Source: a virus (Duplodnaviria > Caudoviricetes). From it: a stretch of DNA of 56,849 nucleotides. Shown one piece after another: positions 37,734 through 47,655 of the stretch. The notes under the pieces were generated by a model. It saw only the letters and a program-made list of their open reading frames with translations. It ran no database searches and was not told where the DNA came from. Made by a program: the position numbers and the translations under genes. The DNA is taken from positions 1-56,849 of IMG/VR virus record IMGVR_UViG_3300025108_000058. The stretch is one strand, 5' to 3'. Position 1 is the first letter of the stretch. Each line of letters starts with the position of its first letter.

Positions 37734-38885
37734 TTATTGTTTAATAATACCGGCTAACATTTGCATTCTTCTAACTGTATCAGATACTTCAGCGATTACT
37801 TCTGGCTTACTTGCAGTAGTTCCAGTAGCTTTACTTGCCATACCTAATTTAGCTTTTGATTCTTTAATAGACTTAGCAGATTCTTTTTTACCTACTACAC
37901 TATCAGAAACAGTTTCAAATACAAGTTTAACTTCTTTTACGCTCTCAGCTTTATCAAAAGCAGCGATAATGTTAACTTTTTGACTTTCAGAAAGGTCGTT
38001 TGACTTGAAGATCTTGTTAACGTAAAGTAATTTAGAATTTAAAAGATTAACCTCATTAAGGTCTTTCTTTAAAGTTTCGATAGTTTCTAAAGCTTCTTGA
38101 AGTTCATTTGATTCTTCAGTTACTTCTTCTTCCATCTTTTTGTCATCTTTCTTACCTTCGTCTTTGTGGTCTTCTTTAGCCTCTTCAACGTTTTCGTCTT
38201 TGTCATCTTTCTTTGGAGCTTCGTCCATGTCTTTATCGTCCTTAGCTTCTGCAACTTCTTCTGAAGTTTCTGCTTCTAATTCTCTTAAAAGCTCATCTAA
38301 GTCGATTTCTTCTTCGTCTGGTGCATCCATAGCGTCCATATCATCTGCTGCAGGTTCATCACCTATAGCTTCGATATCTCCACCATCCATGTCATCAGCT
38401 GGAAGTTCTTCGCCGTGACCTCCTTCTTGAGCGATAATATCTCTTACTAAATCTTTGAACTGGTCAATAGATAATTTAGAAATATCTTCATCTCCGTCTG
38501 GCATATCATCCTCGGCTGGTTCGTCGATAGGAGCATCGTCTTCAGATTCTTCTGAATCATCCTCTGCTTCTTCTACTTCAGCTTCAGCTACTTCTGGCTC
38601 TTCTGCAATTTCTATTTCCTCTATTGCTTCATCTTTGTCGTCCTTAGGAGCTTCTTCGATAGTTTCATCTTTTTTGTCATGTTTAGGAGCTTCATCCATT
38701 TCCTTTTCGTCTTTCTTTGGAGCTTCTTCAATAGTAGTTTCTTCCATTTCTTGAAGTTTAGCAGCTAACATGTCTTTAAGATGAGGTGTCAAAGATTCTT
38801 CTAAAGCTTCCTTAGCGTTGGCAATAGCGGCTTCTCTTACAGATTTAGCTTCAGCAATAGCTTGCTTGAATAAATCTTTACTCAT
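37734..38885 (-). CDS. Prohead scaffold/core protein (T4 gp22-like)
   Basis: Very acidic coiled-coil, repeated (I/M)(E/D)EAPK units, NLLNSKLLY, ends RMQMLAGII; between protease and MCP. Confidence 0.8.
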   Translation of the reverse strand: MSKDLFKQAIAEAKSVREAAIANAKEALEESLTPHLKDMLAAKLQEMEETTIEEAPKKDEKEMDEAPKHDKKDETIEEAPKDDKDEAIEEIEIAEEPEVAEAEVEEAEDDSEESEDDAPIDEPAEDDMPDGDEDISKLSIDQFKDLVRDIIAQEGGHGEELPADDMDGGDIEAIGDEPAADDMDAMDAPDEEEIDLDELLRELEAETSEEVAEAKDDKDMDEAPKKDDKDENVEEAKEDHKDEGKKDDKKMEEEVTEESNELQEALETIETLKKDLNEVNLLNSKLLYVNKIFKSNDLSESQKVNIIAAFDKAESVKEVKLVFETVSDSVVGKKESAKSIKESKAKLGMASKATGTTASKPEVIAEVSDTVRRMQMLAGIIKQ

Positions 38886-38980
38886 TATAAAAATAATTTG
38901 TGGTTTCGTACGATTATTGAAATCGTAATATGAAGTTAGTTATAAGTTTTTAATACAGTATAAGTGACTGTATATTCTTA

Positions 38981-38988
38981 TATAAATA
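38981..38988 (-). promoter_or_regulatory. Putative late promoter TATTTATA
   Basis: 8-mer ~96 nt upstream of the scaffold start; leader holds two hairpins. Confidence 0.55.
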
Positions 38989-39009
38989 TATACTGTTTAC
39001 AAAAACCTA

Positions 39010-39588
39010 TCAGGCTCTTAATATATCGTTAAGTATATTGTCTAATTTAGCAAACTTATTTGGTTTTTTTAACCCTTCTTGTAAAGCTACAGGGTTCATA
39101 AAAGCACCGTGTGTGGATGGATTAGATACAAAGTCCCAGCATACTAATTCAAAGTCTGGTTGAACCTCTAATTGTCCTTCGTTAGTTTGTTTAACAGAAC
39201 CTGTACCTCTAGATGAGATACCTATAGTATGTCCTGCTTTAATAATTTCTTTTACTATATTACCGGCTGGTGTGTTTAATAGTTCTACCTTACCCATAAG
39301 GTCGTTTCCTTTCCAATATAGCTCTTTTACTATGTGAGATGCGTTCTTAAGAGAGACAACAGGAGACTCAGGATGATCTAGTTCTCCGAATGCATTACCT
39401 CTTTCAACAAACTCTTTAACGTATTTAGAAGCTTCTCTTTCTAAAATATCTTTTGAATATGTTCTACCGTTTTGATTTTCCGCAACTGCTCTTTGCATAA
39501 CACCCTCAACTTCATATACTCCTGGTCTTTCTTTAGACTCTCTAAGTACTGATTTAAATGGGGTAACGTCTACTAATAGTTGTGCCAT
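39010..39588 (-). CDS. gp21: Prohead core protease (T4 gp21-like)
   Basis: NQNGRTYS, GELDHP, GISSRGTGS, WDFVSNPSTHGAF. Confidence 0.93.
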   Translation of the reverse strand: MAQLLVDVTPFKSVLRESKERPGVYEVEGVMQRAVAENQNGRTYSKDILEREASKYVKEFVERGNAFGELDHPESPVVSLKNASHIVKELYWKGNDLMGKVELLNTPAGNIVKEIIKAGHTIGISSRGTGSVKQTNEGQLEVQPDFELVCWDFVSNPSTHGAFMNPVALQEGLKKPNKFAKLDNILNDILRA

Positions 39589-39592
39589 TCTT

Positions 39593-41317
39593 TTATAAGT
39601 CTTTTCTTAATTTAAACTCTCCTTTTTCGTTTATACCGAATATAGTTTCTTTTGGAGCTGCTTCTACAGGTGCTTCTTCTTGTCTTAAGTTATCAAACTT
39701 AGCAACTTTTACTTGAGGTATTTGTACGCCTTTCATAAATCTACTACCTCCTAAGTGTCTTGAATCTTTTACAAAAGCGCTTTCTATAGCAGGAGCTAAA
39801 AATCCTCCTACTTTAAATCCTTCTTCATTTTGTATTTCACCTACTTTTTTAAATACTCCTTCTAATCTATCTTTTTGTTTAGCATAATAACTTTCGATAT
39901 CTGTTACTATGTTCTGAAGATCATTTAGTACTACTGTCATACCTTTATAGTCTCCATAAGTATCAGCCATTGCAGCTAAATGATTAGTAGCAGCTTCGTT
40001 TAGAGTATCTTTTGCTAAAGATTCTTTTACAATCTTTTTTATAGCTTCTTTGATTTTCTCTTCTTTATTGTAGAAAGAAGTATATTTTGCAGTATTATTA
40101 CCAGATTTCTTTTTAGCTGCTCTTGCTGCATCTCTTGCTGCTGCTGCTTTAGCTCCAGCTTCTTTATGTCTGTTAGGATTTTGTCTGTCTAATTCTTTTT
40201 CTCTAGCAGCAAATTTGTCTAATCCTGCTCTTGCAGCCTTAATATCTGCAGTGCTAATTTCTTGTTGTGGTTCTTTACCCATTGCTTTTTTAATAGCTTT
40301 GTCTTTAGCAGCCATATAATCATCTCCGTCAACATCTCCGTCCCCGTCATGATCTTTACCTTTCTTTTCAGAAACGCTTTCTTCTTCTAAACTATCATAA
40401 TTAACTGATACATAGTTTTCAAATTCTTCTATAGGATCTGCTCCACCATATAGATCATCCATATGAGTTCTTAAAAAGTCTTTAAGTATCCCAGCAGTAA
40501 CTTCAGGAAACTTTCTTCTTAAAATATCTATAGCAGCATTAGCAGCTTCTTTTCTTTTTAAGTGGTACTCTTCTTGATCCATTTCTTCTGCTTCCTTTAC
40601 TTTAGTGTAATTGCTTTCTTTATCTTCTTTTTCATTACCGTGTCTATCGATGTTCATTACTTCATCAGGTTCTTCATCTATAATGGCTTTCATTGCATTT
40701 ACTTTACCGGCTGTTTCTGCAGCATCTTCTCTTTCCATTTCTCTTAATCTATCAGCAGCAGCTTGTAATCTACCTACATCTATTCCTAGCTTTTCAGCTA
40801 AGTCATCCATTTTGCCTTCTTTTAGCATTGTTTTAGCTTCTCTTAAATCAGCTTTCTTTAGACCATTAAATACATCTGGTTTATCTGATACTGGTTTCAT
40901 TTGATCGTTCTTATCTACGTTCTTATCATTACCAGCAAGTATATTAAGGTAGTGCATTGGATCCTTGTCTAAATTTGCTTTAGCTTTATTTAGAGCATCA
41001 TTGTATTGATCCATATTAATATTAGCACCTGCGTGATATTCAATTTTAGCTTCTGCGAATTCATGTCTAATACCTCTATCTAAGGCTTCTAGACTATATG
41101 GCAATTTCATAGCATCAATCTTTTCCTCTACTACTATAGGTTTAACCTCTTCGAAAAGAAGTCCTCTATTCTTAAGAATTTGTACTGTATCTTTAAATCC
41201 GTTCCACTGTGTAATATGTTCAGGGTAACCAAGTCTCATTTGTCTTACAAATTCTGATTTAGCCATCTTACCTTCGTTGACGGCTCTGTACTTTTCTGTT
41301 ACTGTGTATGTTCTCAT
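39593..41317 (-). CDS. Putative internal head protein
   Basis: Charged, many (L/I/V)xE sites, DHDGDGDVDGDDY motif; between portal and protease. Confidence 0.55.
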   Translation of the reverse strand: MRTYTVTEKYRAVNEGKMAKSEFVRQMRLGYPEHITQWNGFKDTVQILKNRGLLFEEVKPIVVEEKIDAMKLPYSLEALDRGIRHEFAEAKIEYHAGANINMDQYNDALNKAKANLDKDPMHYLNILAGNDKNVDKNDQMKPVSDKPDVFNGLKKADLREAKTMLKEGKMDDLAEKLGIDVGRLQAAADRLREMEREDAAETAGKVNAMKAIIDEEPDEVMNIDRHGNEKEDKESNYTKVKEAEEMDQEEYHLKRKEAANAAIDILRRKFPEVTAGILKDFLRTHMDDLYGGADPIEEFENYVSVNYDSLEEESVSEKKGKDHDGDGDVDGDDYMAAKDKAIKKAMGKEPQQEISTADIKAARAGLDKFAAREKELDRQNPNRHKEAGAKAAAARDAARAAKKKSGNNTAKYTSFYNKEEKIKEAIKKIVKESLAKDTLNEAATNHLAAMADTYGDYKGMTVVLNDLQNIVTDIESYYAKQKDRLEGVFKKVGEIQNEEGFKVGGFLAPAIESAFVKDSRHLGGSRFMKGVQIPQVKVAKFDNLRQEEAPVEAAPKETIFGINEKGEFKLRKDL

Positions 41318-41320
41318 TTT

Positions 41321-41554
41321 TTATAAATAATCAAATCCTTTAGTATGTGACGGTCGTTTAGGACGACTAACCTGCTTGTAACCTTGCTTCTTAAGCGTTT
41401 TAATCGCTCGAGTAGCCTTTCCAAATGCAGCTGGTGTAGCATACTGTGCTCCATCGCCAGGTGTAAATGATGCTCCGCCACTATTAGTAACGTTAGCCTC
41501 GTCTAATTCCTGCTGTACTTCACGTACTAACTGAATCAGTGCTGATCTTGTCAT
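41321..41554 (-). CDS. Small hypothetical head-associated protein
   Basis: LIQLVREVQQELDEA leader, QYATPAAF. Confidence 0.65.
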   Translation of the reverse strand: MTRSALIQLVREVQQELDEANVTNSGGASFTPGDGAQYATPAAFGKATRAIKTLKKQGYKQVSRPKRPSHTKGFDYL

Positions 41555-42405
41555 AAGCTTTTTAGCTCGTTTACTAGATCGTAATATTGCATAAGATTAA
41601 CTAAATGGGTATCTCCTACTCTATCTGTGCTTTTTAACGGCTTGATAGATTTAGATATTTCATCTAATTTAATCTTAAGTATATCATCAGTTACTTTTTT
41701 ACTTAAGCCAGTTACAGCTTCGGCAATTTTAGTAAATTCTTTATTAACTAAATTAAATAGTTTTTTACTTGAGTTTACTGATGTTATAAATTCTTTAAGT
41801 ATATTCTTCTGTTCAGGAAGAAGATCTTTGTATTTACTATTAAACTTTTCTAATAAGATTTTAAACGTTAAAAGTTTTAAATCAGTATCATACTTAGAAT
41901 ATTGCTCAATAAGTGAGTCTTTAACATCTTCCTCATTTTGTTTCTTAGATGTTAAATGCTCTAATAGAGTTGTTTTATTATTAATTAAAAAGCTAGGGTC
42001 AACTATATTAGAATTATTCTGTGCTTCTAATAAACAGTATAAAGACGCTAATGCTTTATAATCTCTTACATCAACAGTAAAAAATTCGTCGATGTTATAT
42101 CTTTCTTTTATTTCTGATATCAAAGCATACTTTTGTTCTTTAAGTAATTTTTGATTAAATTTTCTAGATACCTCTGTAATAGTAGAAATGATCGTTTCTG
42201 CTTTAGCTTGAGATACAGAATTGTTTTTAACTACAAATTCGTATAGCTTGTATTCTTTAGCTAGAGTAGTTTTACCGCTATAGTACTTTTTTAATATTTG
42301 AATAGCACTTGACTCTTTATTTTCAAGTACGTCTGCTGCAATTTGCTTTACAAGCAGCTCATATATCAAACCAGTATTGCGATACTTTGAATGTTTTATC
42401 CTCAT
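41551..42405 (-). CDS. Hypothetical protein of head module
   Basis: MRIKHSKYRNTGLIYELLVKQI; directly downstream of portal with its own promoter motif. Confidence 0.75.
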   Translation of the reverse strand: MRIKHSKYRNTGLIYELLVKQIAADVLENKESSAIQILKKYYSGKTTLAKEYKLYEFVVKNNSVSQAKAETIISTITEVSRKFNQKLLKEQKYALISEIKERYNIDEFFTVDVRDYKALASLYCLLEAQNNSNIVDPSFLINNKTTLLEHLTSKKQNEEDVKDSLIEQYSKYDTDLKLLTFKILLEKFNSKYKDLLPEQKNILKEFITSVNSSKKLFNLVNKEFTKIAEAVTGLSKKVTDDILKIKLDEISKSIKPLKSTDRVGDTHLVNLMQYYDLVNELKSL

Positions 42406-42422
42406 TGTATACGTTTACTATA

Positions 42423-42430
42423 TATAAATA
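42423..42430 (-). promoter_or_regulatory. Putative late promoter TATTTATA
   Basis: Recurrent 8-mer upstream of 42405 start. Confidence 0.6.
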
Positions 42431-42434
42431 TGTG

Positions 42435-44336
42435 TTAATTCTCTAAATCTTTAATATTGTCTTCACTTAGCATTTTAGATTTCTGTTCTGACTGCTTTTT
42501 AAAAACTATATTTTTAAGATCTTGTTTATTTCTATGATAAACAGCTTGAGTAGATAGATTTTCAGCAACGTTGTCGTTATCTGAAGGATACCCTCCTTTC
42601 ATACCGTGTACACCTAAAGGATCACGTCCACCCAGTGCATCATTGGTACCGTATACAGAAGCTTTTTCAGTAGGTCTACCACCGTCAGGTCCTGGTTCTC
42701 CCCAGTCTGGTGTGTTTTCTACTTCTGAATAGCCTGTTGGTAAGTCTTCTGCTCCGCCTCCTTTAGGAGTTGATGTAGCTCTTCTACCGTACATTGAAGC
42801 AAGATCATGTGGAGTACCGTATGTAGTACCTGATTTAGCAGGATCATTTCCTTCACCTTCTATTTGAGCTATTCTAAATGTTCTTTTAGAATCTTCTCTA
42901 ACCAAGTCTCTCATTTCCATATATTGATCTTCTGATAAATTAAATATTGATTCGTATATATAGTCTGATGAGAATAATTTAGTGTCTTTCATTTGAGAAG
43001 CTAAATCTACCTTTTCTTTAAGTAGTGCTACTTTTTCTTGTTCGAATATAATAGAAGGTGTAGTTAACTTAATTTCGAAGTTAGTTAAACTTTCTCCTGT
43101 AAATCCTTGAGAGTATAAATGTACTAGAGCTATCTTAGTTAACTCTGATTCCATTATTTTTTGTACTCTTTCTACTGTTCTTGCAAATCTAATATCTTCT
43201 GCTGCTAAAGTAGCTTTACCAGATAATTCTCCTTCATATCCAAAATATGCTTTTGGTATCTTAAGAGCAGCAAACATTTTATTAAGTAAGTAATTAACGT
43301 CAGTAGTCCCATCGTAATCTAAACCTTTAGTAGTTTCGATTCTAGTAGAAGTATCTCCTCCTCTTACAGGTAGATAGAAATCTTCCATCATATTCTGCAT
43401 ATTAAACTTAAGGTTGTATTGACCATCTTCTCCAACATAAGGAGTCTTTTTCATTGAATTAATGGTCTTTTGCATAAATTGCTCTACTTCATTTGGTGGA
43501 ACGTTTCCTACGTTAATGTAGAACATTCTCTTTTCTGGAGCTCTCATTATACGATGAATTAACATCGCATCTTCCATTAGAGTAACTTGTTTATATATCT
43601 TTCTAGCTGGTTCTAAATATGATCTACCGTATGGTAGGTAAGAAGTATCAGATATTAATCTAAAGTGAGCTATTTCGTAATTATCAAAATCTATAACTCT
43701 TTCGTTAGACTTTCTTTTTGGAAGGTAATTAGTACTTTGAGATGATGCTAGTCCGTCTGGGTCTAGTTGAAATATTACTTTAGAAGGATTATCAGGATCT
43801 TCTCCTTCTCTTCTTATCATGTGATAAACTGTGTAAGGTAGTACATTATATACTCCAAACTTTTCTGAGATTTCTAACTTTAAAAAGAAGTCTCCGTACT
43901 TAACCATGTTTCTAGTCCAAGACCAAAGGTTAAACTCAATATTAAGTACATCGTAAAATAAATTATAAAGTACTCTCTGTATGTTTTCGTCTGATGATTG
44001 TATTGCTAATATTTCGTTTTGATCGTTTTTAACTGTTGCTTCATCAGCTAATATATCTAATGCAGAAGCTATAATTGGATCAGTATCCATTACTTCATAA
44101 TCAGAGTATAATTGAATCCTTAGTGTCTGGTAATTAATATTAGGGTTAAAGATATTTTTATTATTGTAGATATATAGTCTACTAAATCTATCTACTAGAG
44201 AATTCGTTTGATACCTACCGGTATTCTGTATTTTGTTTACATCAGCAATCTTAAGTTCTTTTCCTCCGACGTTTCTAATTACTACATCGTTTGAAAAAAG
44301 TGTTCTAAGTCTACCAAATAAGGATTTATCCGCCAT
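42435..44336 (-). CDS. gp20: Portal vertex protein (T4 gp20-like)
   Basis: MEDAMLIHRIMRAPEKRMFYINVGNVP, MEDFYLPVRGG, ALKIPK, EDIRFARTVERVQ. Confidence 0.93.
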   Translation of the reverse strand: MADKSLFGRLRTLFSNDVVIRNVGGKELKIADVNKIQNTGRYQTNSLVDRFSRLYIYNNKNIFNPNINYQTLRIQLYSDYEVMDTDPIIASALDILADEATVKNDQNEILAIQSSDENIQRVLYNLFYDVLNIEFNLWSWTRNMVKYGDFFLKLEISEKFGVYNVLPYTVYHMIRREGEDPDNPSKVIFQLDPDGLASSQSTNYLPKRKSNERVIDFDNYEIAHFRLISDTSYLPYGRSYLEPARKIYKQVTLMEDAMLIHRIMRAPEKRMFYINVGNVPPNEVEQFMQKTINSMKKTPYVGEDGQYNLKFNMQNMMEDFYLPVRGGDTSTRIETTKGLDYDGTTDVNYLLNKMFAALKIPKAYFGYEGELSGKATLAAEDIRFARTVERVQKIMESELTKIALVHLYSQGFTGESLTNFEIKLTTPSIIFEQEKVALLKEKVDLASQMKDTKLFSSDYIYESIFNLSEDQYMEMRDLVREDSKRTFRIAQIEGEGNDPAKSGTTYGTPHDLASMYGRRATSTPKGGGAEDLPTGYSEVENTPDWGEPGPDGGRPTEKASVYGTNDALGGRDPLGVHGMKGGYPSDNDNVAENLSTQAVYHRNKQDLKNIVFKKQSEQKSKMLSEDNIKDLEN

Positions 44337-44352
44337 TAAAGTACGTTTTAAT

Positions 44353-44360
44353 TATAAATA
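44353..44360 (-). promoter_or_regulatory. Putative late promoter TATTTATA
   Basis: Recurrent 8-mer upstream of portal start. Confidence 0.6.
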
Positions 44361-44362
44361 GT

Positions 44363-45937
44363 CTATTTTAATAACCAAGAGATATCTTGTTCGCCTCCTG
44401 GTGTATTAACAATATAAGGATTTTTTACTTGATTACCAACTGTTTTAATGACAGCTTGGTTCTTTGCATTGAGGTTTGTAAACGATGATAATGACGCTCT
44501 GGCTAGGTCCATACCCTGCTGTCTCAGTCTTAATGCAGTATCTCTTACATATAAAGCAGTTGCAAAAGAAATAATCAAATCATCATTATACCTATCTTGA
44601 GCTTGTGCTTTACCGTTTTTCCATATAAATACTCTCATCTCAGCCATTAGCCTTTTTGATTGTATATTTACAGAATGTTCTCTTATATATTCGATTGCTT
44701 TAGCAATCACTAATGGACGTGATTTAGCTGACATAGTAAAGCCAGGTACTAGTTTATCACGTTCAAATTTATTCATATATGATTCTACTGTGTCTCTATT
44801 ATTAGTAGGACTATAGTATAAATTTCTATATTCTCTTTCCATTACCTGTTCTATTGTAGCCCAACCAATATTAGCATTTTCAACTACTAACAGAGCATCA
44901 TTGTACTCAGCTGCTATTCCTACAAGTACATTTCCAAAATCTTTAGGAGATATCTTTCCTTTGTATTCACCTACTTGTACACAATTTTCTATATCAAATA
45001 TATGAAATGCAGAGTAATCCGTTGCATCTCCTCTCGCTACATCCGCTACAACCATATATGACTTGCTGTAGTCAACTCCTTCCCAAATCCATAAGTTACC
45101 GTCGACTCCTCTTTTTTCCATAGGATCTTTTTGGTATGTTTCTTCGTAGAAAGTAATATCTTCAGGTTCAAATACTGTATCTCCAGAGGATAGGAAATCG
45201 CAATCACATTCTTGACCAGCCATCCTTGGACCTAGGTCTCTGTCTTGTTGTTGCCTCCAGGTTTCATCTCTTTCAGGATGTACTGTCCAAGGTAATCTTA
45301 TAGGTAAAAATGAATTTTCTCCTGTTTCAGCCTTTTCCCAAGTTAAATGAAACCAGTTACCTATTCCATTAGGAGTAGACAGTGCCATACATTGTCCACC
45401 GGTAGCTAACGTTTGTTGAGCAGCAGTATATGTTTCGTCTATATTATCTATAAATGCAGCTTCATCTATTAATAGTAACGATACTGCTTCAGATCTAGCG
45501 GCATCTGCATTAGATGATTTAGCTGATATTTTTGATCCGTTTTTAAGTCTTAATGATAATTTATTCTTTTCAACTGATTTTAATCTTAACCACTTAGGTA
45601 GTTGATCGTACATAAAAATAGTCTTTGTTACTAAGTTTCTTGCAGTTGCTTGAGTAGTAGCTAAAGCTAGTACGTTTTTATCCTTATGAAAGACCATTAA
45701 CCATAAACTATAAGCAGCTGAAAGGGTTGATATACCTAGCTGTCTAGACTTAAGGGTAATAATATACTGGTTGTCTTTAAATAAATGTAAGATTTTCTCT
45801 TGAAAAGGGTATAAAGAAAAAAGAATTCTACCTCTTGTAGGGTGTTGAATAAAGCAATACTTCTTCATGAAGTACGCTGGATCTTTAGCGCACTTTAAAT
45901 ACTCTTGTGCGATTATTTTTTTTATGTCTTTTGCCAT
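44363..45937 (-). CDS. terL: Terminase large subunit (T4 gp17-like)
   Basis: LKSRQLGIST Walker A, LLIDEAAF Walker B, STPNG, ADVARG / VENAN / NDDLI RNase H-like nuclease. Confidence 0.95.
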   Translation of the reverse strand: MAKDIKKIIAQEYLKCAKDPAYFMKKYCFIQHPTRGRILFSLYPFQEKILHLFKDNQYIITLKSRQLGISTLSAAYSLWLMVFHKDKNVLALATTQATARNLVTKTIFMYDQLPKWLRLKSVEKNKLSLRLKNGSKISAKSSNADAARSEAVSLLLIDEAAFIDNIDETYTAAQQTLATGGQCMALSTPNGIGNWFHLTWEKAETGENSFLPIRLPWTVHPERDETWRQQQDRDLGPRMAGQECDCDFLSSGDTVFEPEDITFYEETYQKDPMEKRGVDGNLWIWEGVDYSKSYMVVADVARGDATDYSAFHIFDIENCVQVGEYKGKISPKDFGNVLVGIAAEYNDALLVVENANIGWATIEQVMEREYRNLYYSPTNNRDTVESYMNKFERDKLVPGFTMSAKSRPLVIAKAIEYIREHSVNIQSKRLMAEMRVFIWKNGKAQAQDRYNDDLIISFATALYVRDTALRLRQQGMDLARASLSSFTNLNAKNQAVIKTVGNQVKNPYIVNTPGGEQDISWLLK

Positions 45938-45939
45938 AA

Positions 45940-47010
45940 CTATTTGATTCCACTCCTAAATACTTGAGGTGCTAAACCATTTTTAAGTGATATAGGACTT
46001 GAAAATGTTTTTGGATTTTCTCCTATATAAGTCATTAATTGTTCAGGAGCCAGTGATAAGTAATCTCCAAAACCAGTGCTTGTATCAACAAATATAAAGT
46101 GTGCTACTCCTTCTCTTTTAGCATATGTAGCAGCATATACTTTCTGTAGTGCTACTCTTAATCTATTAGAGTCAGTACAATTTTCTGGTGTAATATACCT
46201 TTTAACGTACTCTTCATCGTAAACTTGATTAAGTAGTTTATTAAGTTGTTCTACACTTTTTTTATAGTCAACATCTTCTCTATCTTGAGATATATTAAAT
46301 AGAGCAGGCATAAAAGAGTCTGGTCTATTAGTGTCTAATTGTAAAGCTTCTAAAGTGTCTATTATTTCGGCTCCACCGGTAAATGAATGATCTCTTTTAC
46401 CCAATCTAGCTGCAGATCCTTTTACCTCTAAGTACTTACCTCCCCAGTCTAAATCTCCTTTTTCCCCTTTCATCATTTTAACATCGCCTATGAGTGTTGA
46501 TAAGCCTATTTCAGCTTTACCTACTCCTCTTCCTCCTTCTTGGCCACCGATATTAATAAGAGACTTAACAGAATTACCTGAAAGCTTACCGTTAAATTTA
46601 CTGAGTATATTTCCTTTTACACCTAGATCAGAAAAGTTTATTGTCTTTTTAATGTAGAGCATATAGTTTTCTAAGTCATCATTATCAGCTAATACGTTAA
46701 ATACTCTCTGAGGAGCATCTCCGGATTGAAGAGTATTGTCGTCTATGTTTTGAAGTTTTATATAATCAAAGAAAGCATTCTGATTAGGTCTGTTTCTAAT
46801 GTATCTTCTTAGATACTGTAAAGCTTCTTGATCGTCTGATATAGAGGTAATAAGAGATATTACATCGTCGGGAGTAACTGGTTTATTCTTATCTGTTGCT
46901 TCGCCTATTATACTATCAAGCAGAGCTCTATCTTCAGCATTATCCATTGATGGAGTACCTGTTTTAGACCTCCAAGCCCACTCTGTGTATAGTTTATCTG
47001 TAATGTTCAT
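45940..47010 (-). CDS. Putative PD-(D/E)XK-like nuclease
   Basis: GKAEIGL...GDL...YLEVKG motif order. Confidence 0.5.
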   Translation of the reverse strand: MNITDKLYTEWAWRSKTGTPSMDNAEDRALLDSIIGEATDKNKPVTPDDVISLITSISDDQEALQYLRRYIRNRPNQNAFFDYIKLQNIDDNTLQSGDAPQRVFNVLADNDDLENYMLYIKKTINFSDLGVKGNILSKFNGKLSGNSVKSLINIGGQEGGRGVGKAEIGLSTLIGDVKMMKGEKGDLDWGGKYLEVKGSAARLGKRDHSFTGGAEIIDTLEALQLDTNRPDSFMPALFNISQDREDVDYKKSVEQLNKLLNQVYDEEYVKRYITPENCTDSNRLRVALQKVYAATYAKREGVAHFIFVDTSTGFGDYLSLAPEQLMTYIGENPKTFSSPISLKNGLAPQVFRSGIK

Positions 47011-47654
47011 TATGCGTCTGGTTCTTCTCCTGCTTCAAAGTCTACAGGTTCATCGGATAAATCAGCTCCTCCATCATCTACTGCTGGAAAGTCATCTCCT
47101 CCTGCATCGTCTCCTCCTTCTGCTCCTCCTCCAGCATCTGCTCCAGGAAAGTCTCCTCCGCCTCCGCCACCGCCTCCGGTGTCTACGTCAGCAGGTTCTC
47201 CTTCTCCAGCTCCTTTCATTGGTGACTCTCTATAAAGTAATTCTAATTTATCTAATGCTTGCTGATAATCATCTATTTTATTAATATAGTATCTTTTACC
47301 TTGTATTTGAGCTTGAAATCCATCTCCCATCCATTTAAGTATGTAGTCTTGACCATTCTTTAGATTTACTCTAAATGAAGTTGGTCTAGGAGAAACCCAG
47401 TCTATTGACTCGACGAACTCTTTAAATTGTTCGGTTTGTAGTTTTACTAAAGCTGCTTTTAAGGTAGGAAATTTACCTAGTATTTTATCAGTAGCGTCTT
47501 CTAGAACTGTTCCTTGTGGAGCTTCCATATCTGGTTCTTCCTCTGGTATAGGTTCTTCTTCAGGTTCTTCTTCGTTTAATTGATCTAATAAACTTTCTTT
47601 AAGTACCTCTTCGTACGCCTCTAGAATGATATTTTCTAATTTAGCTTTGTTCAT
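47010..47654 (-). CDS. Hypothetical acidic protein (putative head-associated)
   Basis: Start MNKAKLENIILEAYEEVLKE at 47654; VSPRPTSFRVNLKNGQ core; Gly/Asp-rich tail. Confidence 0.65.
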   Translation of the reverse strand: MNKAKLENIILEAYEEVLKESLLDQLNEEEPEEEPIPEEEPDMEAPQGTVLEDATDKILGKFPTLKAALVKLQTEQFKEFVESIDWVSPRPTSFRVNLKNGQDYILKWMGDGFQAQIQGKRYYINKIDDYQQALDKLELLYRESPMKGAGEGEPADVDTGGGGGGGGDFPGADAGGGAEGGDDAGGDDFPAVDDGGADLSDEPVDFEAGEEPDA

Positions 47655-47655
47655 T

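Noticed and set aside
41322-41329. Extra TATTTATA copy
   Set aside because: It overlaps the Y-L-stop codons of 41321..41554 and is only 4 nt from the next ATG; probably coincidental
36121-45937. Inteins or introns in terminase, portal or capsid genes
   Set aside because: Lengths are ordinary, motifs are contiguous and no intein splice motifs were seen
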